The translations under genes were made by a program, and so were the position numbers. This document shows, piece by piece, positions 9,301 through 19,677 of a stretch of DNA of 48,134 bases; the first letter of the stretch is position 1, and each line of letters opens with the position of its first letter. The notes under the pieces were generated by a model. That model was not told the DNA's origin. It saw only the letters and a list, made by a program, of their open reading frames with translations, and ran no database searches. Source of the DNA: Nitrospiraceae bacterium (lineage in GTDB: Bacteria > Nitrospirota > Nitrospiria > Nitrospirales > Nitrospiraceae); the NCBI GenBank assembly GCA_037442105.1, contig JBBIQV010000021.1:1-48134 (forward strand), written 5' to 3'.

Positions 9301-10242
9301 ATGCGAATCGTGTTCATGGGTACGCCCGACTTTGCGGTGCCGTCGTTGGAGACATTGCTGGCCTCTGCGGACGCGGTTGTCGGTGTGGTGACGCAGCCGG
9401 ACCGTCCAAAGGGCAGAGGCCACGAGTTGGCGCCATCGCCCGTGAAACTGGTAACCCAGCGTACCGGCGTGCCTCTTCTCCAGCCGGCCAAGATGAAGGA
9501 CCCTGCTTTCCTGGATGTGTTGCGAAGTTGGCAGGCCGATCTGATCGTCGTCGCGGCTTTCGGCCGAATTCTGCCTCCGGTGATTCTTACGATGCCTCCC
9601 AAGGGCTGTATCAACGTCCATGCATCGCTGCTTCCCAAATATCGAGGCGCTGGTCCCATCCAGTGGGCGATTATCAACGGCGAGCAAGAGACCGGCATCA
9701 CGACGATGTTAATGGACGAAGGGATGGACACAGGAGCAATCTTGTTGCAAGAGCGTATGGCCATCAGTCCGGATGACACAGCCGGCTCTTTGTCCAGCCG
9801 CCTGGCCGAACTGGGTGGCCGGCTCCTCGTCGAGACCATTCGTCAACTCAAGGCGGGAACGTTGGTCCCCCGGCAGCAAAATCAGTCCCAAGCCTCAATG
9901 GCTCCCCTTCTCAAGAAGGAAGATGGACTCATCGACTGGAAGTTGGCGGCGACTGCAATTGCGAATCGTGTTCGAGGCTTCTCTCCCTGGCCGGGGACGT
10001 ACACCTTTGCCGGAACGGAACGCTGGACGATCTGGCGGGCGTCGGTTCGAAGCGAACCGGCTTCGGCAGCCTCTGGAACGGTGATCGCTGTGACCAAAGA
10101 GGCTTTCCATATTGCGACGGGGGATGGAGTGCTGGTGGTGACCGACATCCAACCGGCGAATAGTCGGCGCATGACGATATCGCAATATCTCGCGGGTCAT
10201 CCGGTGAAGCCGGGACTCACCCTGCGATCGAGTCCTTCGTGA
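9301..10242 (+). CDS. fmt: Methionyl-tRNA formyltransferase
   Basis: MRIVFMGTPDFAV and INVHASLLPKYRGAGPI. Confidence 0.97.
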   Translation: MRIVFMGTPDFAVPSLETLLASADAVVGVVTQPDRPKGRGHELAPSPVKLVTQRTGVPLLQPAKMKDPAFLDVLRSWQADLIVVAAFGRILPPVILTMPPKGCINVHASLLPKYRGAGPIQWAIINGEQETGITTMLMDEGMDTGAILLQERMAISPDDTAGSLSSRLAELGGRLLVETIRQLKAGTLVPRQQNQSQASMAPLLKKEDGLIDWKLAATAIANRVRGFSPWPGTYTFAGTERWTIWRASVRSEPASAASGTVIAVTKEAFHIATGDGVLVVTDIQPANSRRMTISQYLAGHPVKPGLTLRSSPS

Positions 10243-10300
10243 ATGGTGCCGGACGATCCATTATTCGACAGCTCCCTTCTTCGCCGAACCGGTCGCACCC

Positions 10301-11707
10301 ATGACGCATCATCTTTCTGTTGTTCCATCCCCGATGACGGCCAGAGGCCTCGCCTTGCAAGCTCTGCTGGCGAACGAGCGGACAGAAGGCCGGTTGGATG
10401 AGATGCTGGAGCGCCTGTTTCGGCGGGCTGCGCTGGATCGCCGCGACCGGGCCTTGGCCGTGGAGCTCACTGCGGGCATCCTGCGTCAACGGGCGATGCT
10501 TGACTGGCGGCTGGATTTCGTCTCGGAGCGGGCCGTTCATAACCTGCCGCTCCTTGTGCAGATGATCCTACGGTTGGGTGCATATCAGCTCCTCTGCCTG
10601 GACAAAGTTCCCGCCTCGGCGGCGGTCAATGAATCCGTTCGCCTTGCCAAATCCTTCCGAACTCGGCTTAGCCGTGATTGGAGCGGGTTCGTCAACGCCG
10701 TGCTACGGGCCCTTCTCCGCCGGCCGGCGCCTGCATGGCCATCTTCAGAAGAGCATCCTGTCGCGGCCCTCTCGGTTCGCTATTCCTGTCCTGCATGGCT
10801 GGTCAGCCGTTGGCTTCATCGCTTGGGTTACAACATGGCCGAGCAACTCTGTGCCGCAACCAACCAGATCCCACCGATCACGCTCCGCGCGAATACGCTC
10901 CGGATCACCCGTGACGCCCTCCTTCATCGGCTCCGCGAGGCGGGAGTTCAGGCGCAGGAGACGACGGTCAGCCCTGTGGGCGTGCAGATCGAGAAGTGCG
11001 GCCCTGTGACCGAGTTACCGGGGTTCCAGGAGGGAGATTTCTACATCGAGGATGAAGCGGCGCAGCTTATTCCACCATTGCTCGGCCCGCAGCCTGGAGA
11101 ACGGGTGCTCGATGCCTGTGCGGCGCCGGGAGGAAAGACGACCCACTTGGCTGCGCTCATGCAGAACAGGGGCGAGATCGTGGCTCTCGATCCGAATCCG
11201 CGGCGACTCCCTCTGGTGAAAGAAAATTGCGAGCGGTTGGGTGTCTCGATTGTCCAGGCGATGCTCGGAGATGCCAGACGGTTTGCACCGACCGGGGACA
11301 CTCGGAAGACTCATGACACGCCGCAATTCGATCGCGTTTTGCTCGATGCTCCCTGCAGCGGCCTAGGCGTGTTGCGGCGACATCCCGAGGGAAAATGGCA
11401 CAAACAGGCCGAGGCGCTTCACGCGCATCACAGGCTCCAGTGCGAGCTGCTCGCGGCGGTGAGCCGTTACTTGCGGCCCGGCGGCTGGTTGGTCTATAGT
11501 ACGTGCTCGACCGAACCTGAAGAAAATGAGCAGGTCATCGAGCGGTTCTGCAAAACCCATGCGGAGTTTGTTCGGGACCCTCTCGCGCCCTGGCTCCCTC
11601 CAGCCGGACTTTCTTTTCTGACCAATCAGGGAGACTTTTCGACGGTGGGTCATCTCCACTTGATGGACGGATTCTATGCGGCCCGGCTAAGAAGGAGGGG
11701 CTCATGA
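10301..11707 (+). CDS. rsmB: 16S rRNA m5C967 methyltransferase
   Basis: NusB-like N-terminus, [18 protein letters not shown] and YSTCS; follows fmt. Confidence 0.95.
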   Translation: MTHHLSVVPSPMTARGLALQALLANERTEGRLDEMLERLFRRAALDRRDRALAVELTAGILRQRAMLDWRLDFVSERAVHNLPLLVQMILRLGAYQLLCLDKVPASAAVNESVRLAKSFRTRLSRDWSGFVNAVLRALLRRPAPAWPSSEEHPVAALSVRYSCPAWLVSRWLHRLGYNMAEQLCAATNQIPPITLRANTLRITRDALLHRLREAGVQAQETTVSPVGVQIEKCGPVTELPGFQEGDFYIEDEAAQLIPPLLGPQPGERVLDACAAPGGKTTHLAALMQNRGEIVALDPNPRRLPLVKENCERLGVSIVQAMLGDARRFAPTGDTRKTHDTPQFDRVLLDAPCSGLGVLRRHPEGKWHKQAEALHAHHRLQCELLAAVSRYLRPGGWLVYSTCSTEPEENEQVIERFCKTHAEFVRDPLAPWLPPAGLSFLTNQGDFSTVGHLHLMDGFYAARLRRRGS

Positions 11708-12417
11708 CTGCTCGATCTGTGCGCGTCGCTCCCTCGATTCTGTCCGCCGACTTTGCGCGTCTGGCCGAAGAGGTTGCGCTGGTGGAGCAGGGCGGCGCCG
11801 ACTTGTTGCACATCGACGTGATGGACGGCCACTTCGTCCCGAACCTGACGATTGGCCCCCCGATCGTAGAAGCCCTACGCAAGGTTACGAAACTACCCTT
11901 GGATGTGCATTTGATGATGACGAACCCGGACGCGTTCCTCGGAGAGTTTGCGGAGGCCGGGGCCGACTACCTGACGGTCCATGTCGAGGCCTGCCCGCAC
12001 CTTCACCGGACCGTCCAAGCGATTAAGGAACGGCGCGTGAAGGCCGGCGTGACCCTCAATCCGGCCACCCCGCTCTCCACGCTGGAAGAGATCGTCGCTG
12101 ACGCGGATCTTATCCTGATCATGTCGGTGAGCCCCGGATTTGGAGGACAGCGTTTTATTCCTTCTGTGCTCGACAAGATTCGGCGGGCGCGCCAGTTGAT
12201 CGACCGCACAGGCAGCCGGGCTGCGCTCGAGGTCGATGGTGGAGTGAAAGTCGACAACGCTGCGGAGATCATTGATGCGGGGGCGGACATTCTCGTGGCC
12301 GGATCGGCCATCTTCTCCAGCCGTGAATATGGCACGACTATCGCGGCGCTCAGAGCAGCCGGCACCTCCACCCGTCAAGCCGAGCGCTCCGCCAAACCGG
12401 CATCGGCGGGCCGGTAA
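11704..12417 (+). CDS. rpe: Ribulose-phosphate 3-epimerase
   Basis: [27 protein letters not shown] and VDGG. Confidence 0.97.
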   Translation: MTARSVRVAPSILSADFARLAEEVALVEQGGADLLHIDVMDGHFVPNLTIGPPIVEALRKVTKLPLDVHLMMTNPDAFLGEFAEAGADYLTVHVEACPHLHRTVQAIKERRVKAGVTLNPATPLSTLEEIVADADLILIMSVSPGFGGQRFIPSVLDKIRRARQLIDRTGSRAALEVDGGVKVDNAAEIIDAGADILVAGSAIFSSREYGTTIAALRAAGTSTRQAERSAKPASAGR

Positions 12418-12427
12418 GCGAGGCAGG

Positions 12428-13993
12428 GTGGATATCTCTTCCGTTATCGACAGCCTTCATCCCCTGGAAGTGAAAGTCCTCGCCACGTTCGGGCAACGTG
12501 CCTCCGACCAGGCATTGTCGCTCGAGGAGCTTGCCCAGGCCACCGTTCTCGAATCCTCGCAACTGAGCATGGCCGTCGAATGGCTGCTGGCTAAGTCCCT
12601 CGTCAAAGTCGAGAGCGAAACGGTTACGCCGGTCGTCTCGTTGACGAAAATCGGCGATCATTATTTCGAGAAATATTCGCCGATCGAACGAGTGCTTTCT
12701 GCCGCCCGCGACGCGGCCAAGACAGGCAAGCGCCTGACGATTCAGGACGTGCAAGCCAGGGAAAAGCTGGAGCCGACCGAGATGAGCAGCGCGATCGGCT
12801 GTCTCAAAAAGGAAGGGGCGCTGCTGATCGTCCAAGGCGGGTGCATCGAGTCGACGGCGCGGCCGAGTCCTACGGCCGAGGCCATACGAACGCTGCTGCA
12901 ACAGTTGCATGGCGCCTCGCGCGAGCTGCAAGCGTTTCCCGAGCCGCTCCGCCGGGTGATCCAACAGCATGCCGTCAAACGCGGGAACGCCCATGAGCCC
13001 TTCCGCATCGACGAGCGGGTGTCCCGATCCTTCCGGCTGACGTCCGAGGGAGAAGCGGCGGCCCGCTTGATCGCCCAACAGGGCGTGGCTGAGGAGGTGT
13101 CTCAGCTCACTCCGGAGTTGTTGAAAGAGGGAGCGTGGAGGCAGAAGCGCTTCCGGAAATACACCATCAGTCTGCGCGCTCCCCGCATCGCAGCGGGGAA
13201 GCGCCATCCCTATCGTGAGTTTCTCGATCTCGTGAAGACCAAACTCGTCAGCATGGGTTTTCAGGAAATGCGGGGTTCGCTGGTCGAAACAGAATTCTGG
13301 AACATGGACGCGCTCTTCATGCCGCAGTTCCATCCGGCTCGGGACATCCACGATGTGTACTTCGTGAAAGAGCCTACGCATGCTCGCGCGATTGCGGAGC
13401 CTTTCCTGACCCGGGTGGCGAAGGTTCATCACCATGGCGGGGAGACCGGCTCGACCGGCTGGGGTTACCAGTTTGATATCGAGCGGGCGAAACGATTGGT
13501 GCTGAGGAGCCAGGGGACAGCCGTCTCCGCCCGCACTCTCGCCGCGGCGCCGGCGGTGCCAGGCAAGTATTTTTCGATCGCAAGGTGTTTTCGCTATGAC
13601 CAGGTGGATGCGACGCATGCCACCGATTTCTTTCAGGTCGAAGGGATTGTGCTTGGAGATGACATCAACTTCCGCACGCTGTTGGGCCTCCTGAATCTCT
13701 TCGCAAGGGAAGTGGCGCACGCGAAGGAAAGCAAATTCTTGCCGGCCTACTTTCCCTTCACCGAACCGTCCGTCGAGTTGCATGTCGAACATCCGCGTCT
13801 GGGCTGGATGGAATTGGGGGGCGCCGGTCTCTTCAGGCCAGAGGTGACGCTTCCGCTGGGCGTGACTGTGCCGGTCATTGCGTGGGGATTGGGACTGGAC
13901 CGCATGGCGATGGTGGCCTTGGGCATCCACGATATTCGGGATTTGTTCAGTGGCGATCTCGACATGATTCGGGCGACGAGGGGACGTTTCTAA
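12428..13993 (+). CDS. pheS: Phenylalanine-tRNA ligase alpha subunit, long archaeal/spirochaete type
   Basis: FWNMDALFMPQFHPARDIHD, YFPFTEPS and AWGLGLDR, with a long N-terminal extension. GTG start at 12428 just after the rpe stop. Confidence 0.93.
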   Translation: MDISSVIDSLHPLEVKVLATFGQRASDQALSLEELAQATVLESSQLSMAVEWLLAKSLVKVESETVTPVVSLTKIGDHYFEKYSPIERVLSAARDAAKTGKRLTIQDVQAREKLEPTEMSSAIGCLKKEGALLIVQGGCIESTARPSPTAEAIRTLLQQLHGASRELQAFPEPLRRVIQQHAVKRGNAHEPFRIDERVSRSFRLTSEGEAAARLIAQQGVAEEVSQLTPELLKEGAWRQKRFRKYTISLRAPRIAAGKRHPYREFLDLVKTKLVSMGFQEMRGSLVETEFWNMDALFMPQFHPARDIHDVYFVKEPTHARAIAEPFLTRVAKVHHHGGETGSTGWGYQFDIERAKRLVLRSQGTAVSARTLAAAPAVPGKYFSIARCFRYDQVDATHATDFFQVEGIVLGDDINFRTLLGLLNLFAREVAHAKESKFLPAYFPFTEPSVELHVEHPRLGWMELGGAGLFRPEVTLPLGVTVPVIAWGLGLDRMAMVALGIHDIRDLFSGDLDMIRATRGRF

Positions 13994-13998
13994 CCCAC

Positions 13999-15717
13999 AT
14001 GCCTACGATTTCAGTGAACCGTCACGATCTGGAGCAGCTCATCACCGGGGCGGACTCGACTCGGCAACCGGTGACTCCTGAGCAACTGGAAGCCTGGCTT
14101 CCATTGGTGAAGGGTGAGCTCAAGGGTCAGAATCCGGAGACGGGTGAACTGCGCATCGAGTTGCAAGACAGCAATCGCCCTGACTTGTGGTGCGCGGAGG
14201 GGATCGCGCGCCAAATGCGTATCAAGTTGGAAGGGCATCTGCCGGCCTATCCATTTTTCACCTCCGAGGAACGGCCTCGCCGCCAGCTTATCGTCGCTCC
14301 GGGATTAGAACGGGTGCGGCCTTATGTCGCGGCATGCGCGGCCGTCGGCTATACGGTCAAGGAAGAGGGTCTGGTGCAGCTCATCCAAACGCAGGAAAAG
14401 CTTGCCGACATCTTCGGCCGCAAGCGGCGCACGGTCTCCATCGGCCTGTACCGGCTCCCCCGCGTTGTTTTCCCTGTCACGTATGATCTGGCCGGACGCG
14501 AGGAGGCGAGTTTCGCTCCGCTGGGTGTGGATACGGTCATGACGCTGGGTGAAATGCTCATGGTGCACCCCAAGGGGCTGGAGTACGGGTCGATCCTTGC
14601 CGGTCATGACCGCGTGCCGATCCTGCGCGACGCCAAGGGGCAGGTGCTTTCTTTCCCACCGATCATCAACAGCCGTGAAATCGGCCAAGTGCAAGTCGGA
14701 GATCAAGAGTTGTTTGTCGAGGTCACAGGGACTGACCTGGCGATGGTGGTTCTGACCCTCAACATCTTAGCCGCAAACTTAGCCGACCGAGGGGCAACGA
14801 TCCAGCCGGTAGAGGTGCGGTATCCCTACAACACAGACTTGGGTGCCAGTGTGGTGACACCGTGCGATTGCGGGAAACCGAGGGCGATCCCGGTCGAGAC
14901 GATTGAAAATGCGTTGGGGCTACAGATGGGGGGAGCACAGATCGGGAAGGCGTTGGAAGCCTATGGGTATGGCGTGTCATCGGAGAAAGATCATGTCACG
15001 GTGAGGCTCCCGCCCTATCGCCACGACCTGATGCATCCGGTCGATGTGGTCGAAGACGTTGCGATCAGCTATGGGTACGACAGCTTTGTGCCGGTGATGC
15101 CGTCTCAGTTCACGGTCGGGAGTTTGACCCGATCGGAACAGATTTCCGACCGTGTGCGCGACCTGATGGTGGGTATGGGCTTTCAAGAGATCATCTCCAA
15201 CATCATGAGCTCTCGGCAGGAACTCTGCGAGAAGATGCGAGTGGACGGGAGCGAGTGGGCGCACGTTGTCGAGGTCGAGAACGTGATGACCCAGAGTTAC
15301 TCGTGTCTACGCCAGTGGTTGATTCCCTCGCTGTTGAGGGTAGAGGCGGAGTCCAGCCGGGCGTTCTATCCTCACCGGGTGTTCGAAGTGGGAGAAGTGG
15401 CGCTTCCAGACCAGCGTGAGGAGGTGGGATCCCGCACGCTCACGTTTTTGGGGGCGATGGTGGCACACGCGGAAGCGAACTTTTCGGAGATCCATTCCTG
15501 TTTGGATCTCCTGCTGTATTACCTCGATCAGTCCTACCGGTTGGAGGTTCTCCAGCATCCTTCCTTTCTTGCCGGACGGGCCGGGCGCATCATGGCCAAT
15601 GGAATGGAAATGGGGCTTATCGGCGAGCTACACCCGGAAGTGTTGGAGCGATGGCAGATCGGCGTGCCGGTCGTCGTGTTCGAACTCGACCTCCGGCACA
15701 TTTCGCCGGGAAACTGA
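13999..15717 (+). CDS. pheT: Phenylalanine-tRNA ligase beta subunit, short archaeal type
   Basis: MPTI start, NRPDLW, LSFPPIINS and PPYRHDLMHPVDVVEDVAISYGY. About 572 aa, lacking the bacterial OB-fold B2 and C-terminal anticodon-binding B8 domains. Confidence 0.93.
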   Translation: MPTISVNRHDLEQLITGADSTRQPVTPEQLEAWLPLVKGELKGQNPETGELRIELQDSNRPDLWCAEGIARQMRIKLEGHLPAYPFFTSEERPRRQLIVAPGLERVRPYVAACAAVGYTVKEEGLVQLIQTQEKLADIFGRKRRTVSIGLYRLPRVVFPVTYDLAGREEASFAPLGVDTVMTLGEMLMVHPKGLEYGSILAGHDRVPILRDAKGQVLSFPPIINSREIGQVQVGDQELFVEVTGTDLAMVVLTLNILAANLADRGATIQPVEVRYPYNTDLGASVVTPCDCGKPRAIPVETIENALGLQMGGAQIGKALEAYGYGVSSEKDHVTVRLPPYRHDLMHPVDVVEDVAISYGYDSFVPVMPSQFTVGSLTRSEQISDRVRDLMVGMGFQEIISNIMSSRQELCEKMRVDGSEWAHVVEVENVMTQSYSCLRQWLIPSLLRVEAESSRAFYPHRVFEVGEVALPDQREEVGSRTLTFLGAMVAHAEANFSEIHSCLDLLLYYLDQSYRLEVLQHPSFLAGRAGRIMANGMEMGLIGELHPEVLERWQIGVPVVVFELDLRHISPGN

Positions 15718-15728
15718 CAACGCCGACC

Positions 15729-15916
15729 TAGGAGCCTGTCCGATATTGCCGTTCGTCACGAGGCGAAGGAGGCGCGGGCAGATGCAAGGCCGCAGGCCCG
15801 GAAAAACCGGAGGCGTATTCGCTGGAATACGGTGAGGATTTTTCGGGGCCGAGAACGACGCAGATGGCTGCGGATCGTTCGCCGCAGTAGAAGGGTCAAT
15901 GTCGGACAGGCTCCTA
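15729..15916. mobile_element. MITE-like element with terminal inverted repeats
   Basis: TAGGAGCCTGTCCGA (15729-15743) and TCGGACAGGCTCCTA (15902-15916), extending to 20 bp with one mismatch. Internal hairpins, no transposase; the right end includes the rplT stop codon. Confidence 0.75.
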
Positions 15917-16276
15917 AGCCGCTGCGAGCTGCTGCTTGGCGAGGCCGACCAGCTTCTCGAACCCAACTGCGTCCCGAATGGCCATATCGGACAGAACTTT
16001 CCGATCGAGCAGGATGTTGGCCTTCTTAAGCGCGTTGATGAACCGGCTGTAGGTCAGTCCGTGGGACCGAACCGCGGCGCTGATCCGTGCGACCCACAGT
16101 TGCCGGAATTCCCGCTTGCGGTTTTTTCTACCGGTGTAAGCATAGGCTTGGCCCTTATCAACGGATTCGGTCGCGGTTCGAAACAGGCGGCTTTTCCCAC
16201 CGTACTGGCCCTTTGCGAGTTTCAGCCGCTTCTTTCGCCGCTGTCTGGTTTTCGGTCCACCTTTTACGCGGGGCAT
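15914..16276 (-). CDS. rplT: 50S ribosomal protein L20
   Basis: MPRVKGG...[18 protein letters not shown]...[10 protein letters not shown]. Confidence 0.98.
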   Translation of the reverse strand: MPRVKGGPKTRQRRKKRLKLAKGQYGGKSRLFRTATESVDKGQAYAYTGRKNRKREFRQLWVARISAAVRSHGLTYSRFINALKKANILLDRKVLSDMAIRDAVGFEKLVGLAKQQLAAA

Positions 16277-16337
16277 GGATCGTGTCTCCTTTCACAGTCC
16301 ATCGAGCAGTCGCTCGACGATCCTTCTCATATCGGGA

Positions 16338-16532
16338 TTAGTTGTAGGGGAGTAACCGGTTCACGGACAGGGTGGCAGTCTGGGGAATCGCTGCTGCGCC
16401 CGAGAGTCTTCGTTTGCGGCTCCGGCCCTTGCTGGTCAACAGATGCCGCTTCCCCGATTTTCGCCTGCTGAGCTTTCCGCTGCCGGTACGACTCACCCGC
16501 TTGCTGGTACCTGAATGTGTTTTGAGCTTCAT
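16338..16532 (-). CDS. rpmI: 50S ribosomal protein L35
   Basis: MKLKTHSGTSKRV...HLLTSK; lies between infC and rplT. Confidence 0.96.
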   Translation of the reverse strand: MKLKTHSGTSKRVSRTGSGKLSRRKSGKRHLLTSKGRSRKRRLSGAAAIPQTATLSVNRLLPYN

Positions 16533-16559
16533 CTCCCTCGATCCTTTCCCTGTTTCTTA

Positions 16560-17069
16560 TCACCCCTTCGGTGCAACGATCATAATCAGGCTCCGACCTT
16601 CCATGCGCGGAGCATATTCCACTGTCCCCGAATCCGCCAGTTGTTCGATTACCGAAGCCATCACAGCCCGACCCATTTCCTGATTGGCCATCTCTCGACC
16701 TCGGAATGTGAGGGTCACCTTGGTCTTGTTCCCTTCGGCCAGGAATCCTTTGATCTGGCGAATCTTGATATCGAGATCGTGCTTATCAGTCCGAGGTCTC
16801 AGCTTAATCTCCTTCACCTGCGTCGACTTCTGATGCCGACGACTTTGGTGCTCCTTCTTGCTCAGTTCGTACTTATACTTTCCATAATCCATGATCCGGC
16901 ACACGGGAGGCTGGGACGTCGGCGCCACTTCGACCAGGTCATAGCCATTCTCCTGTGCCTGTCGAAACGCATCCAGAGTAGGCAGGATGCCCAATTGCTC
17001 CCCCTCGGGGCCGATCACGCGAACCTCACGAACTCTGATCTCGCGGTTTACTCTTAGTTTAGGGACGAT
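16560..17069 (-). CDS. infC: Translation initiation factor IF-3 (non-canonical ATC start)
   Basis: DLVEVAP...PPVCRIMDYGKYKY. The frame extends upstream of the ORF-track start to ATC at 17069 (IVPKLRVNREIR), 4 nt after a GAGGTG RBS. Confidence 0.95.
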   Translation of the reverse strand: MVPKLRVNREIRVREVRVIGPEGEQLGILPTLDAFRQAQENGYDLVEVAPTSQPPVCRIMDYGKYKYELSKKEHQSRRHQKSTQVKEIKLRPRTDKHDLDIKIRQIKGFLAEGNKTKVTLTFRGREMANQEMGRAVMASVIEQLADSGTVEYAPRMEGRSLIMIVAPKG

Positions 17070-17080
17070 AGGGCACCTCT

Positions 17081-19024
17081 CTAGTGAGTCAGTTGGAATG
17101 GCTGCAGGGCTTGTTGGACGTCTGCCCGCAATCGCTCAAGCACGTCGGCCACCGCCATGCTTCCGAGGTTGGCTCCGCTCCGGCCTCGTACCGACACCAT
17201 GCCGCTCTGGGCCTCGCGGTCTCCGACGACCAGCATGTAGGGGATTTTTGCCTTCTCAGCTTCTCTGATTTTGAATCCGATCTTCTCGTTGCGCAGATCG
17301 GCGTCGGCTCGGAACCCTGCCGCTTTCAATTGTTCGGCGACGGCCGTAACATACTCGCGCTGCTTATCCGTGATATTGAGCACGATGGCCTGCACGGGTG
17401 CCAACCAGGTCGGAAATGCCCCCGCGTAGTGCTCGATCAGGATGCCGAAGAATCGCTCGATCGACCCCATCAGAGCCCGGTGGATCATGATCGGTTGGTG
17501 AGCCTTGCCATCTTCGCCCGTGTAGGCGAGTTCGAACCGCTCGGGGTTGTTGAAATCTACCTGCACCGTCGAACATTGCCAAGACCGCCCGAGAGCATCC
17601 TTGATCTTGATGTCGATTTTGGGTCCGTAAAACACTCCCTCCCCGGGATCGATTTCATAGGCGATCCCTCTTCCCATGAGCGCCGACTCCAAGGCTCCTG
17701 TGGCTTGAGCCCACTTCTCCTCAGACCCGACCGCCTTCTCCGGCCTGGTCGAGAGATAGACCTCGAATTCGCCGAAGCCGAACGTGCGCAGGATGAAGAA
17801 AGTGAAATCGAGGACACGGCCGACTTCTTCTTCGATCTGATCGGGCCGGCAGAACAAATGGGCATCGTCTTGCGTGAATCCTCGCACCCGCAGGAGTCCG
17901 TGGAGGACCCCTGTCCGTTCGTACCGATAGACCGTGCCGAGTTCCCCATAGCGGATGGGCAGGTCGCGATAGCTTCGCAGGTGGGACTTGTAGATCATGA
18001 TATGGAAGGGGCAGTTCATCGGTTTCAACTGATACTCGCTCCCTTCCACCTTCATAGATGCGAACATGTTGTCCCGATAGTAATCCACATGGCCGCTGGT
18101 CCTCCAGAGATCGAGTCGTGCCACGTGCGGCGAATAGACCAACTCATATCCGCTCCGGATATGTTGCTCGCGCCAGAAATTCTCGATCAAGAGACGAACA
18201 AGCGCTCCCTTCGGATGCCACAACACCAGGCCGGGGCCGATCTCGTCTTGAATCGTGATGAGGTCCAACTCTTTGCCCAGCTTGCGGTGATCGCGTCGCT
18301 TGATCTCTTCGAGCCTGGCAAGATGCGCGTCCAACTCCGCCTGGGTGGGGAAGGATGTCCCGTAGATCCGCTGAAGCATGGGATTCCGTTCGTCACCCCG
18401 CCAGTAGGCTCCAGCGCTGGTAAGCAGTTTGAGCGCACCGACCCGTCCTGTACAAGGGAGATGCGGGCCACGGCACAGATCGATGAATTCTCCTTGGCTG
18501 TAAAGCGATACAGTGCTGTCGGGTATGTCATCGAGGATCTTCGCCTTGTATTCCTCGCCCCGCTCTCTGAAGAATCGGATCGCCTGCTCCTTCGGCATTT
18601 CCATGCGTTTGAATGGACGATCGGCTTTAATGATCTCCAAGGCGCGGGTCTCGATTTTTGCAAGGTCATCCGGAGTAAACGGCCGCTCGAAGGCGAAGTC
18701 GTAGTAAAAACCGTCCTCAATCGCCGGCCCGATCGTCAGTTGGGCAGTGGGGAACACCTCCTTCACGGCTTGTGCCATGATATGGGTGCTGCTGTGCCTG
18801 TAGACCTCTTTCCCTTCCGGCGAGTCAAAGGTGATAGGCTCGATGACCGCATCTTGTGTCAGGACTTGCTCCAGATCGACGGCGATGCCGTTGACTTTTA
18901 CTGCAAGAATGTTCGAGCCGACAGTAATGCCCGCGGCGGCCAGTGCCTGAGCGGCTGTTGAACCACGAGGAACTCGCCGCCGGGCTCCATCTTGTAATGT
19001 AATCAGCACAGAATCCGCTGCCAC
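17081..19024 (-). CDS. thrS: Threonine-tRNA ligase
   Basis: HSSTHIMAQAV, DLCRGPH, KPMNCP and RVRGFTQDDAH. Confidence 0.98.
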   Translation of the reverse strand: MAADSVLITLQDGARRRVPRGSTAAQALAAAGITVGSNILAVKVNGIAVDLEQVLTQDAVIEPITFDSPEGKEVYRHSSTHIMAQAVKEVFPTAQLTIGPAIEDGFYYDFAFERPFTPDDLAKIETRALEIIKADRPFKRMEMPKEQAIRFFRERGEEYKAKILDDIPDSTVSLYSQGEFIDLCRGPHLPCTGRVGALKLLTSAGAYWRGDERNPMLQRIYGTSFPTQAELDAHLARLEEIKRRDHRKLGKELDLITIQDEIGPGLVLWHPKGALVRLLIENFWREQHIRSGYELVYSPHVARLDLWRTSGHVDYYRDNMFASMKVEGSEYQLKPMNCPFHIMIYKSHLRSYRDLPIRYGELGTVYRYERTGVLHGLLRVRGFTQDDAHLFCRPDQIEEEVGRVLDFTFFILRTFGFGEFEVYLSTRPEKAVGSEEKWAQATGALESALMGRGIAYEIDPGEGVFYGPKIDIKIKDALGRSWQCSTVQVDFNNPERFELAYTGEDGKAHQPIMIHRALMGSIERFFGILIEHYAGAFPTWLAPVQAIVLNITDKQREYVTAVAEQLKAAGFRADADLRNEKIGFKIREAEKAKIPYMLVVGDREAQSGMVSVRGRSGANLGSMAVADVLERLRADVQQALQPFQLTH

Positions 19025-19086
19025 GCCAGCCCCCTAGAAACACGAAAGGCACCCCCACCGCCGAAAGCGGCTAGATGCCATCACGG

Positions 19087-19161
19087 TGGTAGGCGCGGAC
19101 GGTCTTGAACCGTCGACCTCTACCGTGTCAAGGTAGCGCTCTCCCCCTGAGCTACGCGCCT
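19087..19161 (-). tRNA. tRNA-Val(GAC)
   Basis: AGGCGCG acceptor stem, anticodon arm CTACC-TTGACAC-GGTAG, T arm GACGG-TTCAAGA-CCGTC, encoded CCA. Confidence 0.97.
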
Positions 19162-19175
19162 AACATCCTGGCGGC

Positions 19176-19205
19176 ATGCTAATATAGGCCCAACCACAGT
19201 GTCAA
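19176..19205 (-). promoter_or_regulatory. Putative sigma70 promoter for tRNA-Val/thrS
   Basis: TTGACA-N18-TAGCAT ending 14 nt before the tRNA. Confidence 0.6.
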
Positions 19206-19210
19206 GAAAT

Positions 19211-19269
19211 GCAAAGAAGAGAAGGGACACCTCACCTGCCTAGGTGTGACACACCCTTCTCTTCTTTGC
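19211..19269 (-). terminator. Hairpin downstream of the HU gene
   Basis: Perfect 16-bp arms GCAAAGAAGAGAAGGG / CCCTTCTCTTCTTTGC, followed by ATTTCTT on the minus strand. Confidence 0.6.
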
Positions 19270-19295
19270 TTTCGTAACCGAGGCTGATACAGCAA

Positions 19296-19571
19296 CTACT
19301 TCTTCACGGCTGATCGCAGTACCTTGCCTGCTGAAAACTTCGGCACCTTGACAGCCGGAATGTGCAGAGCCTCGCCGGTCCGAGGATTCCGCCCGATCCG
19401 GGCTTTACGCTTTGATACGGTGAATGTGCCGAAGTTGACGAGAGTGACCCGCTGGCCTTTCTTCAACGATGTGGTGACAGCGCCTGTAAAAGCCTCCAGG
19501 GCAGTGCCTGCTGCCACCTTGGTAATGCCGGCGGTCGCGGCCATTTTGGCAATCAGCTCCTCTTTCGTCAT
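19296..19571 (-). CDS. hup: DNA-binding protein HU
   Basis: MTKEELI...VTLVNFGTF...RIGRNPRTGE...VPKFSAGK. Confidence 0.95.
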   Translation of the reverse strand: MTKEELIAKMAATAGITKVAAGTALEAFTGAVTTSLKKGQRVTLVNFGTFTVSKRKARIGRNPRTGEALHIPAVKVPKFSAGKVLRSAVKK

Positions 19572-19677
19572 TGTGATCCTCCTCCCGTTAAGGATTGACT
19601 ATGAAAACACCCGGAATGAGCTTGCCTCTTTCGCGTTCGCGCGAAGGGAGCCTCATTGTGCAGCGTGGTCGGCCAAA

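Noticed and set aside
19025..19086. tRNA-Val 3' end as an integration site, or a T-box before thrS
   Set aside because: No duplicated tRNA end or integrase; the spacer is only about 60 nt with one hairpin.
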